From contig OY771555.1 in NCBI GenBank assembly GCA_963674785.1, positions 1,632,001-1,696,000 of the forward strand: DNA of 64,000 nucleotides, read 5' to 3'. This document shows positions 48,691 to 59,000 of the stretch, one piece after another (position 1 is the stretch's first letter; every line of letters begins with the position of its first letter). The DNA comes from Caldisericia bacterium (GTDB lineage Bacteria > Caldisericota > Caldisericia > JAAYUI01). The position numbers were made by a program, and so were the translations under genes. The notes below the pieces were generated by a model, which was not told where the DNA came from, ran no database searches, and worked only from the letters and a program-made list of their open reading frames with translations.

Positions 48691-51600
48691 CTATTCGTTC
48701 TTATCCATTATGCTTTCGAGTTCTTCCTCGAAATCAAGTGTTTCTGCTGTTGGTACATCCATCTCATCACTATCCATGAGACCTTCTCCGTCAGGAAGTT
48801 CAACAATCATCTGAGGCTCATCGGATTTTTGCATCTCTTGAGTATCGATATGGTGTAGGTCAATACAGAGTCCTTTAAGTTCTCTCTGAATAACCTTGAA
48901 TGATTCAGGTGTTCCTGATTCTGGGATTGGTTTACCTCGACAGATTGCTTCGTATGCCTTAATTCTTCCTTCAGTATCGTCAGATTTAAGGGTAAGCATT
49001 TCTTTAAGAGTATGTGCTGCTCCGTATGCCTGAAGTGCCCAAACTTCCATTTCACCAAGTCTCTGTCCACCAAATTGAGCTTTTCCGCCCAATGGCTGTT
49101 GAGTGATAAGAGCATATGGACCAGTTGACCTTGCGTGGATTTTGTCTTCAACAAGATGGTCAAGTTTCAAAATATATGCGTAACCAACGGTTACTCTCTG
49201 ATGGAATGCTTCACCTGTATATCCATCATAGAGTGTCATTTTGCCATCAGTTGGAAGCCCCGCTTTTTCAAGAGTATCAAATACATCCTGCTCAGATGCT
49301 CCATAGAAAACTGGTGTTGCAAAATACACACCGAGTTTTTTTGCAGCAAAGCCGAGGTTTGTTTCGTAGACCTGTCCGAGATTCATTCGGGAGTGGACAC
49401 CAAGTGGTGAAAGGATGATGTCGACGGGAGTTCCATCTTCCATGTATGGCATGTCATATCTTGGTAGAATTTTTGAGATAACACCCTTGTTTCCGTGTCT
49501 ACCTGACATCTTATCGCCGACCTGGATTTTTCTCTTTTGGGCAACATAAACTTTTGCCTGCATGTTGACACCCACCGGAAGCTCATCAGATTTCTCGCGT
49601 TTGTAAAGCTGTGTATCAATTACGATTCCGGTTTCACCTGGGTCAACTCGTTTTGAAGAGTCTCTGACATCTTGTCCTTTTCTGTCAAACATCGCACGCC
49701 AAAGCTTCATCTCCGGAGTAAACTCTGATTCAGCCTTTGGGGTTACTTTTCCAACAAGAATGTCGCCTGGTCCAACTTCAGTACCAATTCTGATAATTCC
49801 ACGATCATCAAGATTTTTCAGAAGTTCTTCAGAGACATTTGGAATCTCTCGTGTGAGTTCCTCTGGACCAACCTTGGTATCCCTTACCTGATGTTTGTAT
49901 TCTTTGATATGTATTGAGGTGTATACATCATCATAAACTAGTCTTTCATTAATGATGATAGCATCAAGATAGTTGAAACCTCTCCACGGAAGATATGCAA
50001 CGAGAACGTTCTGACCGATTGCAAGATCGCCTCTGTCGCATGCCTGACCATCAATGATTACATCACCGGCTGATACAAAGTCACCCTTTCTTACGAGTGA
50101 ATGCTGGTTGATACAGATATCCTGGTTTGATCTGAAGAATTTCTGGAGTGAATATGTGCTTTCATGTGAGACCTTAAGCTCGTCAACACCCGATCCTGCG
50201 AGCTTTTTAAGGAGATCCATTGTAAGATAAGAGCCTTGATATGCGATGACCTCATCGCCTTCTTCAATATCTTCGGCAAGAATTCTTGATGATTCGAGAA
50301 GATGTCCGTCAAATACAAACACATCATTTTCCTCAAGGGACATGATGTCAACAATTCTTATTGTCTCTACATCATTTGTCAAAAGCTGTCTGATTACATC
50401 TTCAGTTAGAAATGAAGAGTCGATCTGTTCGTAGGTTTTTGATTCTTTTGCATCTGGGAGAAGAATCTTACCAAGGAAACTACTCTTTTTTGCGCCTATC
50501 TTAAGACTAGATACAGGAAGAACTTCTGTTGAATCCTCAAGGTGTACTGAAACCTCATTAATATTTGCTTTGAAAAGCTTTTCAAGCCCCGCTTTGGTGA
50601 GTTTCTTCTCTGCTGCGATGACTGTTTTTCCAGTTGAATCAAGTGCTGGTTCTGCAAGCTTAAGACCAATTAGATTAATGTTCTTCTCAATACTAACAAA
50701 TTCCTGTAGGTTTATTGTTTCAACGTCGTCACGTCTGATTGTTCTTACTTTGAAATGGTTTTCCTGGACAAGCTTTCTTGCAACCGATCCATCAATAAGT
50801 TCACCGATTCTGCCAATTCCTTCGATATCTTCGCCAAGGAATCTATACAGGATGTCGCGGTTTACTGTACCAAGCTGGAAATTCTCAGGAGGAGCGTCAA
50901 GTGATGCAATCTTAATTGTTCCAGCATCGACGTATGAGACAACTCCGGATTCCTTTGCAAGAACAACTGAGCAGTTATCCACAACAATCCTGTGTTCCAT
51001 TCCAGTTCCAACTCTTGGTGCCTCTGGCTGAATAAGTGGAACAGCCTGATGCTGCTGGTTACATCCCATAAGAGCCCTTTTTGCGTCGTTATGTTCAAGG
51101 AACGGAATCAACGATGCAGCAACAGAGAAAACCTGGTTTGGTGAGATGTCAATATAATCAATCTCTTTACCAGGTATTTCTGAGAATGATGATTTGTATC
51201 TGGTTATGTTTTCACCAATGATTTCTTCGTCTTTGGTAAGCTCGGTGTTGGCCTGAGCGATTTTGAAGGTTTCTTCGTCATCGGCAAGAATATAATCGGA
51301 TTCATTTCCAACAATGCCATCTTTTACCCTAAGGTATGGAGCCTGAATAAAACCATATCTATCAATAATTGCATATGTTGCAAGGGAGTTGATAAGTCCA
51401 ACGTTTCCACCTTCTGGGGTTTCGATTGGACAGATTCTACTGTAGTGTGAGTTGTGGACGTCTCTAACATCAGCACCGGCGCGTTCTCTGTTGAGTCCGC
51501 CTGGCCCAAGTGATGAGAGTTTTCTTTTGTGTGTGATTTCTGCAACAGGGTTTGTTTGATCCATGAACTGTGAAAGCTGTCCAAGTCCAAAGAATTCTTT

Positions 51601-52890
51601 GATTGCGACAGTTATAGGTCTGACATTAATGATATTCTGAACAGTGAGGTCTTCATCAGGTAATGTGATGATCTTTTCCCTGACGATCTTGAGCATCCTG
51701 AGGAAACCAATACGAAGTTTATTGGAAAGTAGCTCACCAACCGATCGGACTCTCTTGTTTGCAAGATGATCCTTATTGTCAGGGTCAACGTTTCTTAGAT
51801 GGAGCTGATAGAGGTGATGAAGAATAGCACGGATATCTTCAAGAGTTACGAGGTTTGAATCAAGGTTTAGACCAAGCTTCTTGTTGATTTTGAATCTACC
51901 AACATCTGAAAGATTATTTCTTCTTGGATCCCTTAAGAATGTGTGGATGAGGTTCTCAGCATTTTCTGTAGTTGGACGTTCACCTGGTCTGATATGCTTA
52001 AACATATCAATAAGGGCTTCTTCACGTGTTTTTGTTTGATCCGCTTCGAGTGTGTGAACAATAAAGTCTGCAATGTCTGTATCGTTATAATGAATGTTTT
52101 CAATATCCAAACGTTTAATTTCATCGACGATGATTGGTGTGAGAGTTGTTCCTTCTGGGTAGAGATCGTGTCCTGTTGTAGGATGGAGAATCATTTCTGC
52201 AAGAGTTTTGCCTTGCACTCTCTGAAGCATATCTTTGTCAGCTACGTTTGCAGTGACAACAATTTCTTCGATAAAAAGCTCTTTGATTTCATCATCGGTG
52301 TAATCACCCATGACTCTCAAAAGCTCAGTGACAGGGAATTTTTTGGATTTCTTGTCAATTTTAACGTAGGCGATCTTATCATCATCCATCTCGAATTCGA
52401 GCCACGAACCACGATCAGGAATGACAGTTGCCATAGCTTTCGGTCTAACTGATGTGTGGATTTTTTCGTACTCAAAATAAACTCCTGGAGCTCTGACAAG
52501 CTGAGAAACAACAACCCTTTCAACGCCATTAACAATGAAGGTTCCTGCTTCTGTCATCTGGGGAAGCTCACCACAGAAAAGCTCCTGCTCCTTAATTTCA
52601 CCAGTTTCCTTGTTGATAAGTCGAACGGTTAATTTAAGGGGTACAGTAAATGTTAAATTTCTAGCTTTACATTCGAGTGGAGTGTGAGTTGGACTGCCAA
52701 GACTATAATCAACAAATTCAACCTCAACTTTTCCTGATTCACGAAGTGATCGATCCTGATTAAGTGACTCGATAAGGAAACGTAAATCCTCATCAAGAAA
52801 TCGCTGATACGAGTCGAGTTGAATGTTAATAAGATTTGGCGGTTCGCTCTTTGGTCTACGTTTGCTAAACCAAACCCGGTCTATTCTCAT
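48691..52890 (-). CDS. rpoB: DNA-directed RNA polymerase beta subunit, with lineage-specific insertions
   Basis: NGVERVVVSQL, QLSQFMDQTNP, CPIETPEG, GDKMSGRHGNKG, KIHARSTGPY, GGQRLGEMEVW. Confidence 0.99.
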   Translation of the reverse strand: MRIDRVWFSKRRPKSEPPNLINIQLDSYQRFLDEDLRFLIESLNQDRSLRESGKVEVEFVDYSLGSPTHTPLECKARNLTFTVPLKLTVRLINKETGEIKEQELFCGELPQMTEAGTFIVNGVERVVVSQLVRAPGVYFEYEKIHTSVRPKAMATVIPDRGSWLEFEMDDDKIAYVKIDKKSKKFPVTELLRVMGDYTDDEIKELFIEEIVVTANVADKDMLQRVQGKTLAEMILHPTTGHDLYPEGTTLTPIIVDEIKRLDIENIHYNDTDIADFIVHTLEADQTKTREEALIDMFKHIRPGERPTTENAENLIHTFLRDPRRNNLSDVGRFKINKKLGLNLDSNLVTLEDIRAILHHLYQLHLRNVDPDNKDHLANKRVRSVGELLSNKLRIGFLRMLKIVREKIITLPDEDLTVQNIINVRPITVAIKEFFGLGQLSQFMDQTNPVAEITHKRKLSSLGPGGLNRERAGADVRDVHNSHYSRICPIETPEGGNVGLINSLATYAIIDRYGFIQAPYLRVKDGIVGNESDYILADDEETFKIAQANTELTKDEEIIGENITRYKSSFSEIPGKEIDYIDISPNQVFSVAASLIPFLEHNDAKRALMGCNQQHQAVPLIQPEAPRVGTGMEHRIVVDNCSVVLAKESGVVSYVDAGTIKIASLDAPPENFQLGTVNRDILYRFLGEDIEGIGRIGELIDGSVARKLVQENHFKVRTIRRDDVETINLQEFVSIEKNINLIGLKLAEPALDSTGKTVIAAEKKLTKAGLEKLFKANINEVSVHLEDSTEVLPVSSLKIGAKKSSFLGKILLPDAKESKTYEQIDSSFLTEDVIRQLLTNDVETIRIVDIMSLEENDVFVFDGHLLESSRILAEDIEEGDEVIAYQGSYLTMDLLKKLAGSGVDELKVSHESTYSLQKFFRSNQDICINQHSLVRKGDFVSAGDVIIDGQACDRGDLAIGQNVLVAYLPWRGFNYLDAIIINERLVYDDVYTSIHIKEYKHQVRDTKVGPEELTREIPNVSEELLKNLDDRGIIRIGTEVGPGDILVGKVTPKAESEFTPEMKLWRAMFDRKGQDVRDSSKRVDPGETGIVIDTQLYKREKSDELPVGVNMQAKVYVAQKRKIQVGDKMSGRHGNKGVISKILPRYDMPYMEDGTPVDIILSPLGVHSRMNLGQVYETNLGFAAKKLGVYFATPVFYGASEQDVFDTLEKAGLPTDGKMTLYDGYTGEAFHQRVTVGYAYILKLDHLVEDKIHARSTGPYALITQQPLGGKAQFGGQRLGEMEVWALQAYGAAHTLKEMLTLKSDDTEGRIKAYEAICRGKPIPESGTPESFKVIQRELKGLCIDLHHIDTQEMQKSDEPQMIVELPDGEGLMDSDEMDVPTAETLDFEEELESIMDKNE

Positions 52891-52965
52891 AAGACTCCCT
52901 TTCCATGCCTATAGCCTCTCTAGAGCATAGCCATAGCAATTGCTGGGCATTATAATCGAATAGCA

Positions 52966-52994
52966 ATATTAATAGACCCAGCACACGGAGTCAA
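52966..52994 (-). promoter_or_regulatory. Probable rpoB promoter
   Basis: Minus strand TTGACT, 17 bp, TAATAT, ~75 bp upstream of rpoB. Confidence 0.55.
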
Positions 52995-53078
52995 CAATAT
53001 ATGGTTAAGCACTTCTAACTAAGTAAAAGTGCTTGAGTTTTTAAATTTAGATAGACTATAGCAAGAAGTTGAAAAAAA

Positions 53079-56000
53079 TCAAGGCATCCAAATTCTAGCT
53101 ATAGTAATCTCGCCAGTAACAGCATTTGTTGTAATTTCGCAATCGAATACTTGCTCAACTATTTCAGGTGATATGAAAAGCATGCCATTTTCGATTGTTG
53201 GTGTTGATGGAAGTGTTATTGATTCACCCGAAACAAGACCATCTCTACTTCCGTTTTCAAAAACATATTTGTTTCCAAAAAGGTTAACTTCACATATTCC
53301 AAGGGACTCAATAACCTTATATTCAGCACCAAAAAGGGATTCAAAGATAGAAATGGGAAGTTTATTCACACTTGTTACTGGATTTCTAAGTTGACCAATT
53401 GGTAACCCTTCACTATCAACAATACTTGCCTCACCAACAATAAGTTTACCCCATATCCTCTTATAAACAGGGATAATCATTGTTTTTTCAGTGATATTTC
53501 CAGCAGCATCTATTACATTGAACTTGATTTCATTCTTACCTGGGATCAACTGAACATCAACTGAGAACATATCGTAAACAACCTTTGCAGGTTGCCCATT
53601 CGCGGTGACAACACAATTTGGTTCAACTCTTCCTTTAAGGGTAAATGTCTGTTTTCCAATAAGTTCTGGCAGTTTTGGTAGAAGAATCTCAGGAGGAATT
53701 GCATCAACGGAAATTGTAACAACCTTTGAGGTTGGTGGAAGATTTCCAACAGTTGAGATGATGTTGATAGTATTTATTCCATCAACAAGAGTAACAGATG
53801 TTTCGAATCTTCCAGTTGATGAAACTGTGACTTTTGTACCATTGATTCTAAGGTCTGCTCCTGGCGTAGTTTCTCCGCTGATTTTTGTTGTGTAAGAGTT
53901 TGTTATTGTTCTCACCTCGTCGATAATTAGATGCGGAGGTGTAGTCTGTGGACCAGGTCTTAGAGAAAGGTCTCCAGAAACATAACCACCTGCAGTTGCG
54001 GTGACAATAAGCTTGGTGTCTTTTTCGGGCACAAATGTAAACTCGATATCTCCAGTAACGTTTGTTGTTCCATCAAGGTCTATTTCTCCACCCTGGATTC
54101 TAACTCTTGCATTTTCAACCAATGCTCCAGTTGAGATATCGACAATTTTAAGTTTAACAGTATTTTCTACACTTTCGGTGATCGTCTCTGGCTCAACAAG
54201 TTTGATCTGCAAACCTGGTGAGGAGTCAAATGAGCTTATTGGATAAATTGAGTAATATTGTGGGGAATCTGCAAGTGTTAGGTTGTATGGTTCAGCATTC
54301 AACCATGTATTTGGGCATTTGTATCCAAGATAGATAACCTCTTCACCATGTCCTGTTGGTGTAAGTGTCATATAGGTAACTGGATGGATGTTGTTGTCCA
54401 ACATAACAAACCCACCCTGAGAAAGCTCATTATGGTTTGCGCCACTTGCGATAATTGATGACCCTTGTTCCATAGGAAGATCTCTGTCATCGGCGGGATG
54501 AAGTTCAATGAGGAGTGGGTTATCAACACCATATGCGAGGTCAAATGATGCAGGGTCAAATAGTTCTGAACTCAGAGGTTTGCCTGTTCTTGCAGATTTG
54601 AGAGTGATTTTTGGTGCTGCAACTTTGAGAAGATTTCCTGACATTGCATCCCAGTCAAGGAAGAATGTTCCATCTCTGCTACCCATATCTGAGCCTGCAA
54701 GAGCATATCCAGTTGTGAAATACTTGTATCTTGTCCCAATAAAGCCTGGGTCTGTATAGTATGGGAGTGGTGCACCAGCGACATCACCAAACTTTGTGCT
54801 TGCTGAGTACGGGTTACATCCTACAAGTCCACCAATCAGACAAACATCTTCTGCAAAAATTGTAAACGAGCATGATCCGAGTTCATCAAGAGGCAGATAG
54901 TCATGGAAGTTAATCAAACCGTCTTTGTGTCTGTCTGCAAACAGATATGTTCCTTCGTAAGGATGGTTGTATATAGCGCCAAGTCCCCATCCCTTTGTTG
55001 TTGTATCCATATCTGTATCAACCATTATCAATGGTTTTCTGGAGAATGTGTTATCTGAGTAGTGTTCATTTGTCGTGGTATAATAAACGGTTGTACCCTG
55101 TCTTACGACATCAGCCGATAGGGTCTCATCGTTCCAGGTGAAGTATTCACGTTTAGTTTTTGCTCCACCAAACAAGAAGATTTCATCATTACCGCTTTGA
55201 ATAACTCCATCCTCATTTGTGTCAAACCCAACATGGACTCCGTAGTTTATTTCACATTCATTGCAAGGGAACCATTGCCTTGGTTTCTGATTTGCAGGGA
55301 CATTAATAAACGGCATAAAGTGAGCTGGATAATTAATGTATTCATTACAAACGCTCATACCTTCAGGCTGTTGAGCGATCAAGGCGCCCTGTGAATTTCT
55401 GCAGGTTGCTGTTATGTTATAAATTCTATTTGATCCCGCTGTAAGAAGGAAGTCTGGTTCAGCAGGCGACATGAATACTTTTTGTTCTGGATCTTGGATG
55501 TTGACGACACTATATTCGACATCAGGTAAGGCAAATTTGACCTTTGTTGTTCCGATATTTCTCCTGTCAGGAGTATAGACTGTTAAGTCAAATTCGCCGG
55601 CATCATTTGCGCAGAATCCTGTAATCTTATAGATACCTTCTTTTGCTCCTGAAAAGTCAACATCGATAGGTTGGAATGCTTGATCTTCCCAATCACTGAA
55701 GAGATAAACATTCTGATGCAAATCAAGTGATAAATTATGAAGGTCAGTTCTTACCCAATAATACTGAGGTAATCTTGCCCCTTTTCCATAGAAAGCTTCT
55801 TGATCAGGATGCCAATCTTTAAAGAGATGTTCAAGTGCCTGGTCTTCTTCTACCTCTCTGTCGCCAAGAACGTCTGGTACCCCTTCGAGTAGGTTTACAG
55901 GATCGCCGAAAGAGTCGGTTACCTTAACTGTCAGTGGTTCAGTTGGACTGACAAGCTCATTAACAACACCTGCTGTAAGAGGTTGAGGAGAAATCTCAAT

Positions 56001-59000
56001 GTTTAGGGTATCGTTTGGTACAATGTTTGCTCTTGCTTCACCTGACATGTAAACTTCGTGTGTGTAGGCGACCTCAAAAAACTCCATCTTGGCGTATGGT
56101 GCAAAGGATCTATCGCTATTGTCATCACCATATTTATATGCGTTCACATAAACTGGAGCATGTTCTACTTCACTGACAATGTGGTCGCTACCGGTTGTCA
56201 TTCTTCCGCCACCGCGTCTAGGTCTGAATCCACCGATGTCAATTCCTATATCAGTTATCTGACATCCAGCTTCTTCTACGAGATCGAGATGATACATTCC
56301 ATCATTGTAGTTTTGGGTTCGACCGTCAACCATACCGCCAATCCAGGTATTTGATGCGAGGTCATATGTCCCGATAATCTCTGTTTCCCATTCAGAAAAA
56401 CTGATTTTTCCATTTTCATTAAAGTCAAAGAAATCTGGATACATTGCTGCACCAGTATAGTGAGCGTTTCTTAATGGCCATGGTGGGAAGAACATGTTTG
56501 TGTCACCCTGTCCGATGTGGAGTGGTTCATCTAATCCGTCAATACTAAAGGCTACACCTCTATCTTGCCAAACGAGAACAAAGGCGTTATTACAAGCCAT
56601 CTCAACCTGCATTGGATGTTCTTCGGTTATCTGAACATCAAAATGATGGTCTTGTCCAACAGGAATTGTTTCAGGAAGACCAGTGATGGTAAGTCCATGA
56701 ACCTTAATTCCAAATGGTGTATACTCATCACAGCAATCTTGGAAAACTTTTACAGTGCCATCAAACATCGTTACTTCGATTTGAATCATTCCACTTGAAA
56801 TCGGAATAAGCTCATCAATTTTAATAACATTTGAGATGCCAGTGTAGTTCAATCTGTGGTTCCAAATGAGGAATTCGTTCCAGTCTTGTGGATCGAATTC
56901 AATCGTATTGTCACCAAATCCGATTTCTCCGACAAAATCTTTTCCATCGTATTCATACCATTCCCAATTGGAGTTATCTACAATTACTGCACCACTATAA
57001 TCATATGAGAGAGGTCTATTGTGTCTCCCGTTATATTCAAATCCAGTTGTGAGTCTTCCGCCAGCAAGATCTTTGATTTCAGGAGTTTTAAATGGTCCTG
57101 TGACCTTTATTTGTTTTATGTGATATTTTTGAGGGGTTGGGTTTGAAATGGTTCCGGGGTCAAAAGTCATGTGGTTACCATTTGCGTCTTTAAGAACAAA
57201 ATACAATCCATAATCTGTGAGTGGCAGGAATTCGATACCAAGTTTGTTGAAGTTAACAGTGTGTTTTTCTTTATCTCTTTCCGGATCAACTCCGACTTTG
57301 TCACTGGATTTGTTATATCTTTGTCCCCACTCAGACCAAATGGCAGGGTAGGAACAGAAGCCGTGCATCATCGCTCTTGACTGACTGTTGCCTGGTCTTC
57401 TATGAGCCCTACCAAAATGAGTTTGTCCACCAGGATAAACTCTAAAATCATCCTGAAGGTTTCTAAGGATGGGATTATATGGCCTTTGAATCTGTGGTGA
57501 TGGGAATGGAAGAGGGTTTGTGGTGTAGTCTGGATCACCATTTGTATAATCTTGGATAGAGAACTCTAATCCTCTGTCAACAATTTGGAATTCGGAGAAG
57601 TTGAGCAATCCATCCATCTCCGGGACTTTAATCTTAATTATACCTGAGTAGTCCATAGCTTTATGGCTCTCATAGATATAGTTTGCAGGGTGATAATCCC
57701 TTTTGCTATTGTAGTCCCACATAATATCGAAGCTGGTGAATCTAGTACTAATGTCTCCACCTTGGAGTGGTTTTACAAGACCGAGTGCCCATCCACCGAC
57801 ATCAGTTTCTGAGAATGTTCCCCATGAGGTAATGTATGTCCATACACCCCATGTCTCAATTTCACCAAATGTGTCACCGGTTAACGGGTCAACGGTTTTA
57901 CCGTCAAAGATGCCGAGATGATCACCCTTTGTAACAACTCCCCATCTAATAAAGTTGTCATCATTTAGAGTTGGTCTTGTTCTTGATGCTGAGTCGTCAT
58001 TGTCAACAAGCTGTGCGTGCGATGAAACCTCGACTGGCATCTGGGTACCAATAAATGCTGGTGGCATAAAGCCAGGATTGTTTCCAACATAATCAAAGGA
58101 ATCGAGAGCACCGGGAATTGTGCCGACATCGTTCCAATACCAGAAAGCATAAGTTCTGTTCTGGTTATACTGAATGATGTATCTCTGACCACTTCCACCT
58201 ACCGCTGTAGCCATCCATTTTATTCCACATCCATTTGCGTTATAAAGAACCAACGTGTGTTCATCACGTCCAAGGGCAAAAGGGATACAACATGGGTCAT
58301 TAACATCTGATACATTATCACCATTGTAGCATTCGATACTAAGGTTTGGATATCTTTCCTCGAGTTGATCAAGACATTTTCTTGTTGAGGCCATATCAAG
58401 TCTCTCACAGGATACTTCGAGATAACACTCATCCCATGAATCGTACTCATCAGCAATTGAGAGACCAAGTGTTGGTTGTGGCCATGGATCAGGAACTCTT
58501 GTCACAAATTGTCCTGGATTTTGAATGTTTGAAGTCTGGATATATTTTGTCAAATAGAATCTGTCTTGGTAGGCACCATCTTCAGGCGTAGGTCTTCCCT
58601 CGATGCCACCAAAGTCTCCATATGCTGTAACAACAACTGGATCATATGTGCCATCAACATTCAATGACCCACGGTAAGGGGTCATCTCAAATTCAACAGT
58701 TGTTTGACCTTCGCCGATCGTCAGATATTGCTCATAAGGAACCGTTCCCTCACAAACAAGGTTTTTGACAATAATGTGAATCTTGTCATCACCGTGAAGT
58801 GTTGCACCAGTTTTCACGGTCATGTGAGATGTTTGTTCAACTCTCAAATATCTATCGGTCTTTACAGTAACTCCAAGGTCTCCAGGAAGTGCTGGGATAT
58901 CAATTGCGGTAGGATCACCACATTTGCCCATGCTTAGACCATGGACTTCATAATCATGAACCCATATTCCAATCTCATCAACAACGTCACCACACTGATA

